Assembly (NCBI GenBank): GCA_043807255.1
Contig: JAZDGD010000004.1
Span: 14,057 to 78,056, forward strand
From: Patescibacteria group bacterium
GTDB taxonomy: Bacteria > Patescibacteriota > Minisyncoccia > RBG-13-40-8-A
Length of the DNA stretch: 64,000 nucleotides
Direction of reading: 5' to 3'
The notes beneath the pieces were generated by a model. The model saw only the letters and a list, made by a program, of their open reading frames with translations, did not search any database and was not told where the DNA came from. This document shows positions 27,119-36,258 of this stretch, piece after piece. Positions within the stretch are counted from its first letter, which is position 1, and each line of letters begins with the position of its first letter. The position numbers and the translations under genes were made by a program.

Positions 27119-28885
27119 CTATGGGGTTAACTCTGTTTTTATTTTTTCGATAAATTTATCAATATCGATATTTTCGATTTCTTTTTTGCCTCGAGATCGA
27201 ATCGCCAATTCATTAGAATTCATTTCTTTGTCTCCAACAACAATAATATAGGGGATTTTTTGCATTTCTGCCTCACGAATTTTCTTGCCCACGGTATCAT
27301 CAGAATCATCAACCTCAACTCTAAAATCATGATCACTGAATTGCTTCTTAATTTTTTGAGCAAATTCTTTGTGAGTTTTAGCAACCGGCAAGATTATAAT
27401 TTGTACTGGTGCCAACCAAAACGGAAACGCTCCAGCATAATGTTCAATTAATGTTCCCACAAATCTTTCCATCGAACCAAGTAGGGTTCTGTGGAGCATA
27501 ATTGGAATATGTTCTTTGCCGTCGGGGCCAATGTAGGTCATGCCAAATCTAGTTGGTAAATTCATATCTAGCTGGATGGTTGTACCTTGCCACTCGCGAC
27601 CCATTGAATCAACCGCCTTAAGATCTATCGATGGTCCATAGAATTTTGCTCCGCCAATATCTTTTTTGTATTCAATCTTTCTGTTTTTTAGAATTTCTTC
27701 AAGAGTTTGTTCGGCGAATTTCCAAATTTTTTCATTTTTAATATATTTTGCTTCTTTGTTTTTAACATCGCGAACAGACAAATAAACATTTAATTTATCA
27801 AATCCGAATGCTTTATTAATTTCAATTGCGAAATCAAAAATCTTATTTACTTCGTCGACAAACTGGTCTTCGGTGCAAATTATGTGCGCATCGTCCTGTG
27901 TAAATCCTCTTACTCTAAGCATGCCGTGTAAGACCCCAGATTCTTCATATCTATAAACGCTTCCCAGTTCGCACCATCTTATTGGTAATTCTTTATAGCT
28001 TCTCGGTTTAGATTTGTAAATTCTGATATGAAACGGACAATTCATTGGTTTTGCGTAATATGCCGCATTCTCAGTTTTGTCTTTTAAAGACATTTGCATT
28101 GGGGGATACATCATTTCTTTAAAGTTTTCTAAATGTCCTGATTTTTCCCACAAATTTGAAAGTCCAACATGTGGAGTATATACGTATTGATATCCATTTT
28201 TTCTGTGCTGTTTTCTCCAGTATAACTCTATTTCTTCTCTAACAATAGAAAGTTTTGGATGCCACAACACAAGTCCCGGTCCAACATAATCATCAATTGA
28301 GAATAAGTCTAAATCCCTGCCAAGTTTGCGATGATCTCGTTTTTCTGCTTCTTCAATTTGTTTTAAATAATTTTCTAATTCTTGTTTTGATTCGAAGGCG
28401 ACTCCATAAATTCTTTGTAACATTTTATTTTTTTCGCTTCCTTTCCAATATGCTCCGGCAATTTTTGTGAGTTTGAATGCTTCGGGATCAATTTCTTTGC
28501 TTGATTTAATGTGTGGGCCCTTGCAAAGATCCGTGAATTCTCCGCTTTTATAAATAGTCACATTTTTGCCATCAAGATCTTTTATAAGTTCAAGCTTATA
28601 GGGTTGGTCTTTAAAAAGTTTCCTTGCTTCTGCCTTAGAAATTAGTTTCTTTTTGAATTCAATGTTTTGTTTAATTATTTCTTTCATTCGAGTTTCAATT
28701 CTTGGTAGATCAGCTTCACTGATCGCAGAGACACGCTGATTATTTGCAAAATCAAAATCATAATAAAACCCATTATCAATTATTGGCCCAATACCAAATT
28801 TAATCTTTTCTCCAAAAAGATCTTTTACTGCATGTGCCATAATATGGCTCAACGAGTGTCGTATTAATTCAATTTGTTTTTCCAT
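27119..28885 (-). CDS. thrS: threonyl-tRNA synthetase; the start is taken at MEKQIELIR..., not the Arg-rich extension listed in the ORF track
   Basis: TGS/second additional domain, class II core, C-terminal anticodon-binding domain. Confidence 0.9.
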   Translation of the reverse strand: MEKQIELIRHSLSHIMAHAVKDLFGEKIKFGIGPIIDNGFYYDFDFANNQRVSAISEADLPRIETRMKEIIKQNIEFKKKLISKAEARKLFKDQPYKLELIKDLDGKNVTIYKSGEFTDLCKGPHIKSSKEIDPEAFKLTKIAGAYWKGSEKNKMLQRIYGVAFESKQELENYLKQIEEAEKRDHRKLGRDLDLFSIDDYVGPGLVLWHPKLSIVREEIELYWRKQHRKNGYQYVYTPHVGLSNLWEKSGHLENFKEMMYPPMQMSLKDKTENAAYYAKPMNCPFHIRIYKSKPRSYKELPIRWCELGSVYRYEESGVLHGMLRVRGFTQDDAHIICTEDQFVDEVNKIFDFAIEINKAFGFDKLNVYLSVRDVKNKEAKYIKNEKIWKFAEQTLEEILKNRKIEYKKDIGGAKFYGPSIDLKAVDSMGREWQGTTIQLDMNLPTRFGMTYIGPDGKEHIPIMLHRTLLGSMERFVGTLIEHYAGAFPFWLAPVQIIILPVAKTHKEFAQKIKKQFSDHDFRVEVDDSDDTVGKKIREAEMQKIPYIIVVGDKEMNSNELAIRSRGKKEIENIDIDKFIEKIKTELTP

Positions 28886-28890
28886 AAATT

Positions 28891-31800
28891 TTATCTTTGA
28901 CTTATTAATTCTTCTGCGTCGTCGCAGAGGATTTTTAATTGATCGTCTTTGTCGGTGAGGCGACCAGTAAGCATGATAATTTTTCCTTCTTGCCAAATTG
29001 TCGGATTTTTTTCTAAGATTGTAGCAAAAACCAATATTTCTACTGTTGCAGTTAAGTCCTCAATTTCCACGAATAACATTGGTTTTCCAGACTTTGTAAT
29101 AAATTTAGTAATTTTTATAATTACTCCCGCAACTTTCACTTTACTATCTTTTTTCTCTTTTATCAAGTCCTTGATCTGAACTGTGCGATGTTTTAAGAAT
29201 TCCTTGTGGTCATTTAGAGGATGATCTGAAATATACATTCCTAAAAGCTCTTTTTCCCACTGAATTTCTTCTTGAAGTAATTTCCTTTTTTCTCCATTAC
29301 TGGTTGCAAAAAGTAATTGATTTTTTTGCGAAATCGGTGCCTCGCCGAATAAACTGGTTTGTCCAAGATTTTTAGTTTTTTTTGATTCCTTAGAAAATTC
29401 TAATAAGTCCTCAATTTTATCAAGCAAATCTTTGCGTGGAGCTAAGGCATCGAATGCACCAGCACGGATTAAACTTTCTAAAGATTTTTTGTTTACAATT
29501 GTTGATTGACCTGCCTTCGGAGATAATCTGGTAAGAAAATCAGCCATTGTCTTGTATGTTCCATTTAATTTTCTTTCTGCAACGATTTCTGCAACTACGT
29601 TGTGTCCAACATTTTTAACCGCTGCCATGCCAAAGCGTATGGCGGATGGAGGAACGAGCGTAAAATTATCAAAGCTTTCATTAACGTCTGGTGGCAAAAC
29701 CTGAATTTTCATTTTTTTGGCCTCATCAACCAAAATATTAATTCGGTCTAAATCTTTTTGGTCCGCCTGCATCAATGCGGTTACAAATTCTGCTGGATAG
29801 TTCGCTTTTAAATATGCGGTTTGATAGGCGATTAAAGCATAACAAGTTGCATGTGAACGATTAAATCCGTATTGAGCAAATGGCTCAATCGAATCCCATA
29901 TTTTTTGCGCGATTGCTTTGTCAATTCCATTTTTAATCATTCCTTCAATCATTCTGTCCGCTTGTTGTTCAAGCAATTTTCTAATTTTCTTTCCCACCGC
30001 CTTTCTTAAAACATCTGCTTCGGACATTGAAAATCCAGCCAAGTCTTTGGCAATCTGCATTAATTGTTCTTGATAAATTGTAATGCCGTAAGTATTTTTT
30101 AAAATTGGTTCAAGCATTGGATGATCGTATCTGATTACTTTTTCACCGTTTTTTCTCGCAACATATTCTGGGATAAGATCCATTGGACCTGGACGATATA
30201 GTGCAACCATGGCAATAATATCTTCTAATTCACTGGGTTTTAATTTCTGTAGATATTTTCTCATTCCCGATGATTCAAGCTGAAAGACCCCGATGGTGTC
30301 TGCTTTTCTCAAAAGGTCAAATGTTTTTTTGTCGTCTAAGGGAATATTTTCAATGTTGATTTTAATTCCTCGTAATTTTTCAATAAGATTTAGGGCCGTT
30401 TCAATTGTGGTTAGGTTTTTAAGTCCCAGAAAATCCATTTTTAAAAGCCCCAATGCTTCGATGGCATGCATTTCATATTGCGAGACAATTGAGTTTTCAT
30501 TTTGTGGCGCAAATTGACGAGGAGTATAAAAGTCCAATGAATTTTTTGTGATCACAATTCCGCAAGCATGAGTTGATGCGTGTCTGGCAACACCTTCAAG
30601 CTTTTTCGCAATATCAAGTAATTTTTTGGCTTGATCGTCTGAATCGTATGCCTGTGAAAGTTCGGGCACTTTTTCTATTGCGTCTTTTAAAGAAAACCCA
30701 AAGGGAATCATTTTTGAAAGTTGGTCACAAAAAGCATAGGGATAACCTAGCGCCCTGCCAGCGTCACGAATTGCAGCACGCGCAGCCATTGTTCCAAAGG
30801 TTATAATTTGAGCAACGTGGTCGGCTCCGTATTTTTTCGTTACATAGGCAACAACCTCATCACGTCGGACATCAGCAAAGTCCAAATCAATATCAGGCAT
30901 ACTAATTCTTTCGGGATTTAAAAATCTTTCAAAAAGTAATTTGTATTTTAATGGGTCAACATTAGTAATGTTTAACAGATAAGAAACAATTGAACCAGCT
31001 GCTGAACCACGACCCGGACCAACAACAATGCCATTATTTTTTGCCCAATTAACAACATCTTGAACAATTAAAAAATAGGAAGCAAAACCAGTTTTTTTAA
31101 TTACACCTAATTCGTAGTTCAATTGTTTTTTTGCCTGTTCAGAATTTTCCCCAAAGTCTCTTTTGGTCATTCCTTGTTCGCATAATTCTTTTAAATATCC
31201 ATCAGCGGTTTGGTCGTCGGGAAGAGGGAAGTGGGGAAGTTCGGTTTTGTCGAGTTCCAATTTCACGTCGCACATATCTGCAATTTTTTGAGTATTGGTA
31301 ATTGCTTCAGGAACATTTCTGAATGCTCGAATCATTTCATCGGGCGATTTTAAAGAATAATCTTCATTCATCATATTCATTCTATCTTTTTCATCAACAG
31401 TTCTCACTGTTTGTACGCAAAGTAAAACATCATGAACTTCTGCATCTTCTTTGTTTAAATAATGAGTATCGTTTGTAGCAACTAATGGTAAGTTTGTTTC
31501 TTTGGCTAATTGAATTAATTTCTCGTTTATTCTTACTTGTTCTAAGTCGTTGGGATGATCCATAATTTCCAAATAAAAATGATCTTTACCAAAAAGTTTA
31601 GAATATTCCAGGGCGATTTTTTTTGCTTTTGCTAAATCATCGGAAGCTAACGCAGAAGGAACCTCGCCTTGTGGACAGGCACTTAAAGCAATCAATCCTT
31701 CGTGATATTCTCTTAAAACCTCCCAATCAATACGCGGTTTATAATAAAATCCTTCAAGGTATGATTTGGTTACCAATTTAATTAAATTATGATAGCCGGT

Positions 31801-32091
31801 TTTATTTCTTGCCAATAAAATTAAATGGTGTCGGACATCGCCTTTGCCCATGGTTTTATCGTGTCTGCTTCCGGGAGTAATATAAGTTTCAACACCAATA
31901 ATTGGTTTAATCCCAGCTGCAGTTGCTTTTTTATAAAACTCAACAATACCATACATTGCGCCATGGTCAGTAATAGCCAAGGAATCCATTCCGGTTGCCT
32001 TGGCCTTTTCTACTAATTCATCAATTTTTGCCAGTCCATCCAGCAAAGAATAATGACTGTGTACGTGTAGGTGAGTAAATTTTTGCTCCAT
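28891..32091 (-). CDS. dnaE: DNA polymerase III alpha subunit
   Basis: N-terminal PHP domain HVHSHYSLLDG, polymerase core, OB fold; 1066 aa. Confidence 0.9.
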   Translation of the reverse strand: MEQKFTHLHVHSHYSLLDGLAKIDELVEKAKATGMDSLAITDHGAMYGIVEFYKKATAAGIKPIIGVETYITPGSRHDKTMGKGDVRHHLILLARNKTGYHNLIKLVTKSYLEGFYYKPRIDWEVLREYHEGLIALSACPQGEVPSALASDDLAKAKKIALEYSKLFGKDHFYLEIMDHPNDLEQVRINEKLIQLAKETNLPLVATNDTHYLNKEDAEVHDVLLCVQTVRTVDEKDRMNMMNEDYSLKSPDEMIRAFRNVPEAITNTQKIADMCDVKLELDKTELPHFPLPDDQTADGYLKELCEQGMTKRDFGENSEQAKKQLNYELGVIKKTGFASYFLIVQDVVNWAKNNGIVVGPGRGSAAGSIVSYLLNITNVDPLKYKLLFERFLNPERISMPDIDLDFADVRRDEVVAYVTKKYGADHVAQIITFGTMAARAAIRDAGRALGYPYAFCDQLSKMIPFGFSLKDAIEKVPELSQAYDSDDQAKKLLDIAKKLEGVARHASTHACGIVITKNSLDFYTPRQFAPQNENSIVSQYEMHAIEALGLLKMDFLGLKNLTTIETALNLIEKLRGIKINIENIPLDDKKTFDLLRKADTIGVFQLESSGMRKYLQKLKPSELEDIIAMVALYRPGPMDLIPEYVARKNGEKVIRYDHPMLEPILKNTYGITIYQEQLMQIAKDLAGFSMSEADVLRKAVGKKIRKLLEQQADRMIEGMIKNGIDKAIAQKIWDSIEPFAQYGFNRSHATCYALIAYQTAYLKANYPAEFVTALMQADQKDLDRINILVDEAKKMKIQVLPPDVNESFDNFTLVPPSAIRFGMAAVKNVGHNVVAEIVAERKLNGTYKTMADFLTRLSPKAGQSTIVNKKSLESLIRAGAFDALAPRKDLLDKIEDLLEFSKESKKTKNLGQTSLFGEAPISQKNQLLFATSNGEKRKLLQEEIQWEKELLGMYISDHPLNDHKEFLKHRTVQIKDLIKEKKDSKVKVAGVIIKITKFITKSGKPMLFVEIEDLTATVEILVFATILEKNPTIWQEGKIIMLTGRLTDKDDQLKILCDDAEELISQR

Positions 32092-32125
32092 GTAATGATT
32101 TTAGCATTTTTAAAAAAGAAATGAA

Positions 32126-32235
32126 AACACGAAAATTACCGAGGTCAGACCTCGGACATAATATAATATGTACGGAGAACAGTTCTCCGTACATCTATAT
32201 TGTCTCCATTTTCGTACGGCCGTGAAAAAAGGGAG
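32126..32235 (+). repeat. intergenic module R1 (CCGAGGTCAGACCTCGG hairpin, TACGGAGAACAGTTCTCCGTA hairpin and a GTACGGCCGTG hairpin); a 110-bp identical copy is at 32867-32976
   Basis: direct repeat read by eye. Confidence 0.85.
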
Positions 32236-32258
32236 ACACGGGAAAACAAAAAAAGTAC

Positions 32259-32287
32259 TTGATTAATAATTTTTATAAGTGTATATT
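32259..32287 (+). promoter_or_regulatory. promoter TTGATT-17-TATATT for the small-gene pair
   Basis: spacing and hexamers read by eye. Confidence 0.45.
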
Positions 32288-32331
32288 GTAATTGAATTCG
32301 AGAATCGAATTTTAAAAAAGAGGAGGAAACG

Positions 32332-32604
32332 ATGGAAAACAAAAAAGTTAACGCATGGAAAGTTCCTTTTAAGGCCGTTGGTGTCGCATTGAGAGTAACG
32401 TGGATTTTGCCAGCCTTCTCGCTGTGTTTAATGTTTTACATGATATGTCTGTATCCACAAGAATTTCGTGACGGCGTCAAACACAAAGATGGTTTAATGT
32501 GGTTCTTATCTTACATTATAATCTGTATTGCCTGGATTATTTTTGCAGTGATTCATAAATACAGAAATCGGCGAAACAAGAAGAAATTTCAAAAAATTAA
32601 TTAA
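32332..32604 (+). CDS. small membrane protein (90 aa, 2 TM helices, basic tail), strong SD
   Basis: aaaagaggaggaaacgATG; hydrophobic helices. Confidence 0.5.
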   Translation: MENKKVNAWKVPFKAVGVALRVTWILPAFSLCLMFYMICLYPQEFRDGVKHKDGLMWFLSYIIICIAWIIFAVIHKYRNRRNKKKFQKIN

Positions 32605-32615
32605 GGAGGTACGAA

Positions 32616-32804
32616 ATGATAGTGATTGTGTACTTTATGGAAGGATCGTTACTTAAAAGGATTGAAGGCACTTTTAAGGACAACTTAGAAGCGGCGGATT
32701 ATTTGGTAAAATGTGGGTGGCATCGGTCTCAAGTTAATCGATGGGAGTCCGGGGGCGATAACCATCATGCACGCATTATTCATGTGGATCCGCCTCGTCA
32801 GTAA
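32616..32804 (+). CDS. small hypothetical protein (62 aa), strong SD
   Basis: ttaaggaggtacgaaATG; followed by a terminator at 32806-32866. Confidence 0.45.
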   Translation: MIVIVYFMEGSLLKRIEGTFKDNLEAADYLVKCGWHRSQVNRWESGGDNHHARIIHVDPPRQ

Positions 32805-32866
32805 AAAGGAGGGCGTTTGCACGTGGGTCGGTAACCATCCCGGCCCTTTTTTATTTTTTTTACACA

Positions 32867-33030
32867 AACACGAAAATTACCGAGGTCAGACCTCGGACAT
32901 AATATAATATGTACGGAGAACAGTTCTCCGTACATCTATATTGTCTCCATTTTCGTACGGCCGTGAAAAAAGGGAAACACAAAAAACAACCCAAAAAAAC
33001 TTGACAGGATTTGTGGACGTGCTATAATGG
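32867..33030 (+). repeat. intergenic module R2 (copy of R1 plus the promoter block)
   Basis: 32867-32976 matches 32126-32235; 32940-33030 matches 33400-33490. Confidence 0.85.
33001..33029 (+). promoter_or_regulatory. consensus promoter TTGACA-17-TGCTATAAT
   Basis: ttgacaggatttgtggacgtgctataat. Confidence 0.6.
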
Positions 33031-33034
33031 TAGC

Positions 33035-33320
33035 ATACGAGAAGGTGGGGGGTGCCAAGCAAAAATTGCCCTTTGGCTGCAACACCCCCTTGTTCTTTCC
33101 TTAAGACAACGAACAAATTTTATAGATATGCTATACTGTGGGGAGAGTTATTAATACTGGAGACGGCGAACCGTCAAAAGGCGAGATACTCTCTCCACCC
33201 CAATCTGATCCTTATGTCTTTATGAAATAGGGGACACATAAACGGACGCCAAAAGTGGCTTCTAGTATTCCGTCCCCGCCCCGGCGAGAACTACATTATA
33301 CCCTCGCCGGTATTTTTTTG
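33035..33320 (+). ncRNA. candidate sRNA/leader transcript of unknown family, ending in a terminator
   Basis: driven by the consensus promoter; no RBS-bearing ORF; internal hairpins (GGGGGGTG/CACCCCC; GGGGAGAG/CUCUCCCC); terminator ccggcgag...ctcgccgg plus T-run at 33283-33320. Confidence 0.3.
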
Positions 33321-33376
33321 TTTTAAATTTACCCCATAGCAATTTTGTTAAAAATTTGATATGGAGTTTGCATTAG

Positions 33377-33490
33377 ACATACGGAGAACTGTTCTCCGTA
33401 TGTCTCTCTTTTTGTACGGCCGTGAAAAAAGGGAAACACAAAAAACAACCCAAAAAAACTCAGACAGGATTTGTGGACGTGCTATAATGA
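33377..33490 (+). repeat. intergenic module R3 (partial copy, including the promoter block)
   Basis: shares tacggagaactgttctccgta, gtacggccgtgaaaaaagggaaacacaaaaaacaacccaaaaaaac and ggatttgtggacgtgctataatg. Confidence 0.8.
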
Positions 33491-33494
33491 TAAA

Positions 33495-33722
33495 CATTAA
33501 GAGAATCGATCTTTAATTTTGACTCAATTGAAACGATGGGAAGACTTATGCCTCCTTTGGGCCAGACAAACGAATGAGACCTGACGGTCCGTTTGTACCC
33601 ATTGTTTCTAGTTGATAGAGTTTGTGCGAAGCAGGCCCAATCCGGCGCAAAGGAATGCGCTTCTGTTCGCTAGACTCGACGGGACATTCGAAAGGATGTC
33701 CCGTTTATTTTTTTAAAATTTG
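33495..33722 (+). ncRNA. candidate sRNA or r-protein leader of unknown family, ending in a terminator just upstream of rpmF
   Basis: promoter (C)AGACA-17-TGCTATAAT at 33461-33489; no credible ORF; hairpins; terminator gggacattcgaaaggatgtccc plus T-run at 33689-33722. Confidence 0.3.
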
Positions 33723-33757
33723 CATTAATTTATTTTTTCTGATATCATAAAACCAAT

Positions 33758-34063
33758 ATGCCAATACCAAAACAAAGACACACTAAATCGAGAAGAAACA
33801 GACGAAGATCTCATCTTAAATTGAAGAAGAGAACTCTTTCGAATTGCCCGAAATGTGGAGAAACGATTCTGCCGCACCATGTTTGTGCTTTTTGTGGTTT
33901 CTATAATGGAAAAGAAGAAATTGATGTTCTTGCCAAATTAGAGAAAAAAGACAAAAAGAAAAAAGAAAAAGAATTAAAAGAACATGAACACGACGCTAAA
34001 GAAGACAAAGCCCTGCCTACCGGCAGGCAGGCATTAGATTTAGAGAAAATGTCTAAAAAGTAA
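33758..34063 (+). CDS. rpmF: 50S ribosomal protein L32 with a Lys/Glu-rich C-terminal extension
   Basis: MPIPKQRHTKSRRNRRRSH...CPKCGE...HHVCAFCG. Confidence 0.85.
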   Translation: MPIPKQRHTKSRRNRRRSHLKLKKRTLSNCPKCGETILPHHVCAFCGFYNGKEEIDVLAKLEKKDKKKKEKELKEHEHDAKEDKALPTGRQALDLEKMSKK

Positions 34064-34066
34064 TTT

Positions 34067-34504
34067 ATGTCATCAAGACACATTGCAAGATCAATAGTTT
34101 TACAGTCTCTTTACGAGATAGATTTTAACAAAGAAAAAAAAGAGATTAATATTGATGAAGCATTAAAAAGAAATGCTGAAGAGTTTGGTTCGGGCGTTAA
34201 TGAAGATGCTTTTATTGATGATTTGGCGCACGGGGTTTTAAAACACCAGGCACAAATTGATGAAATTATTATTAAATCAGCGCCAGAATGGCCGTTAGCT
34301 CAAATTACAATTGTTGATAGAAACGTTTTAAGAATTGGAATTTACGAATTATTATTCGGAGATAAACAACAAGTTCCGCCAAAAGTTGCAATCAACGAAG
34401 CAATTGAACTAGCCAAGGGTTATGGTGGAGAAAGTTCGGGTAGGTTTGTAAATGGCGTTTTGGGAACAATTTTTAGAGAAATGGAGAAAACCGAAAACCA
34501 ATGA
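34067..34504 (+). CDS. nusB: transcription antitermination factor NusB
   Basis: [17 protein letters not shown] and the all-alpha NusB fold signature. Confidence 0.8.
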   Translation: MSSRHIARSIVLQSLYEIDFNKEKKEINIDEALKRNAEEFGSGVNEDAFIDDLAHGVLKHQAQIDEIIIKSAPEWPLAQITIVDRNVLRIGIYELLFGDKQQVPPKVAINEAIELAKGYGGESSGRFVNGVLGTIFREMEKTENQ

Positions 34505-35199
34505 TAAATAAAGATTTCGAAAAATTAGAAAAAAATCTTAAAATAAAATTTAAGAATAAGAAATTATTAGAGCAGGCATTCGTGCACCGCTCTTATTTGA
34601 ATGAAAATCCGGGCTGTAAATTAGAGCAAAACGAAAGATTGGAATTTTTGGGTGATGCGGTAATGGAGTTGGTTGTGACGAATTATCTTTTTAATAAATA
34701 TCCGAAAAATCCAGAAGGGGATTTAACTTCTTGGAGAGCGGCACTGGTAAATTCAAAAATGCTTTCCGAGGTTGCGTTTAGATTGGGGTTTAATGATTAT
34801 TTGATTTTATCAAAAGGGGAGTCGCAAGATAATGGTCGTGCAAGACAATTTATTTTAGCAAACACATTAGAGGCGATAATTGGGGCAATTTATTTAGACA
34901 AGGGATACAACAAAGCAGAAGATTTTATTGAGAAAAACATAATCTGTGAATTAAAAAGAGTTTTAGAGGAAAAACTTTATGTTGACCCAAAAAGTTATTT
35001 TCAAGAACAAGCACAGGGAAAAATGGGAGTTACTCCGAGTTACAAAGTAAGAAGCGAAGAGGGTCCCGATCATTGCAAGAAATTTGTTGTTGGGGTTTAT
35101 TTGGGAGACAGTTTAATTGCTGAAGGCGATGGTCCTTCAAAGCAAGTAGCACAAGAAGACGCAGCAAGAAAGGCATTAAAGAAAAAGTGTTGGGAGTAG
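34501..35199 (+). CDS. rnc: ribonuclease III
   Basis: [20 protein letters not shown] signature and a C-terminal dsRBD. Confidence 0.9.
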   Translation: MINKDFEKLEKNLKIKFKNKKLLEQAFVHRSYLNENPGCKLEQNERLEFLGDAVMELVVTNYLFNKYPKNPEGDLTSWRAALVNSKMLSEVAFRLGFNDYLILSKGESQDNGRARQFILANTLEAIIGAIYLDKGYNKAEDFIEKNIICELKRVLEEKLYVDPKSYFQEQAQGKMGVTPSYKVRSEEGPDHCKKFVVGVYLGDSLIAEGDGPSKQVAQEDAARKALKKKCWE

Positions 35200-35232
35200 A
35201 CAAAAAAATTATTCTTTGATATATTTAAATTC

Positions 35233-35661
35233 ATGTTAAAAATACGATTACAAAAAGTTGGAAAAAAGAATAGCCCGTCGTTTCGGGTTGTTTTGGTTGA
35301 GCACACATTTAGACCACAAGGAAAGTTTCTTGAATTATTGGGTTCGTATAATAAAATTCAAAAACAAAAAAGTTTAAATAAAGAAAGAATCTTACATTGG
35401 ATTTCAAAAGGCGCACAATGTTCAGATACGATGCACAATATGTTGGTTGATGAAAAAATTATCGATAAACCAAAAGTGAAAGCATGGAAGCCGAAGAAAA
35501 AACCCGCCGGAGAAACAGAAAAACCCGTTAAGAAAATAGATGCATCTATAGATGCATCGACCGAAAAAGTTGAAGAAACCACGAAAGTTCCCAAGGAGGA
35601 ACTCAAAGTGGCTCCGACGCTCGAAGAGGTCGGAGTTGACACGGAAACAAAAACGTCATAA
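35233..35661 (+). CDS. rpsP: 30S ribosomal protein S16 with a C-terminal extension
   Basis: MLKIRLQKVGKKNSPSFRVV. Confidence 0.85.
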   Translation: MLKIRLQKVGKKNSPSFRVVLVEHTFRPQGKFLELLGSYNKIQKQKSLNKERILHWISKGAQCSDTMHNMLVDEKIIDKPKVKAWKPKKKPAGETEKPVKKIDASIDASTEKVEETTKVPKEELKVAPTLEEVGVDTETKTS

Positions 35662-35726
35662 AATTGTAATATAGTTAGTAAAAGGTCGGTTGTTAGAAAA
35701 GCAGTAATCAGATAATATTCAAAAAC

Positions 35727-36047
35727 ATGTCAAAGCCAAAAGATCAGGAATTTCTTGAATCAATAGTCGATGGAATTGTTAACAATCCTAAAGACGTTAA
35801 GATTGAAAGAAATGTTGATGAAATGGGCGTACTCTTGACCTTGAAAGTTAACCCAGAAGATATGGGAGCTTTAATCGGTCGTGGAGGTTCAACCGCAAGA
35901 GCTATTCGAACTTTATTGAGAATAGTTGGCGCCAAGAACAATGCTCGTGTCAACCTTAAAATCGAAGAACCAGAAGGTGGCAGAAGAATCGTAGAACCCG
36001 CCACAGTCAGAGATGTTGACAGCGTAGTCGACGATTTAAAGATTTAA
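35727..36047 (+). CDS. KH-domain RNA-binding protein (YlqC-like)
   Basis: [20 protein letters not shown] motif; conserved position after rpsP. Confidence 0.75.
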   Translation: MSKPKDQEFLESIVDGIVNNPKDVKIERNVDEMGVLLTLKVNPEDMGALIGRGGSTARAIRTLLRIVGAKNNARVNLKIEEPEGGRRIVEPATVRDVDSVVDDLKI

Positions 36048-36060
36048 TATTATAGTCGAA

Positions 36061-36212
36061 CCCCGCAGTAGCGGGGCAATGCTTGTCAAAAACCGCGCTA
36101 TTTATAGCGCGGTTTTTAGTTTACCCCGCCTTTTAGCGGGGTTTGCCCTAGGCAATGTGCCGAGGTCAGACCTCGGACATCTCAATCTTACGAGGTCGAA
36201 CCTCGTAAGATT
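36061..36212. repeat. cluster of five consecutive hairpins (two CCCCGC..GCGGGG, one ACCGCGCTAT..ATAGCGCGGT, one CCGAGGTCAGACCTCGG, one CTTACGAGGTCGAACCTCGTAAG)
   Basis: read directly; lies between the KH-protein gene and trmD. Confidence 0.8.
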
Positions 36213-36258
36213 CGCAAGATATCTTGTTCTCTGGGTTAATTTGTGGCATGATGTATTT

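Noticed and set aside
28886-28996. 37-aa Arg-rich N-terminal extension of thrS in the ORF track
   Set aside because: The conserved ThrRS N-terminus begins at MEKQIELIR. The extension overlaps the dnaE stop region and has no RBS.
32126-33490. Possible CRISPR array (repeated units in the large intergenic region)
   Set aside because: The repeats are long (90-110 bp), irregularly spaced and only 2-3 in number. They contain promoters and hairpins rather than short regular repeat-spacer units, and no cas genes are present.
36079-36258. N-terminal extension of trmD across the hairpin cluster
   Set aside because: It would translate five tandem palindromic repeats. The conserved TrmD N-terminus ([13 protein letters not shown]) starts at ATG 36259.
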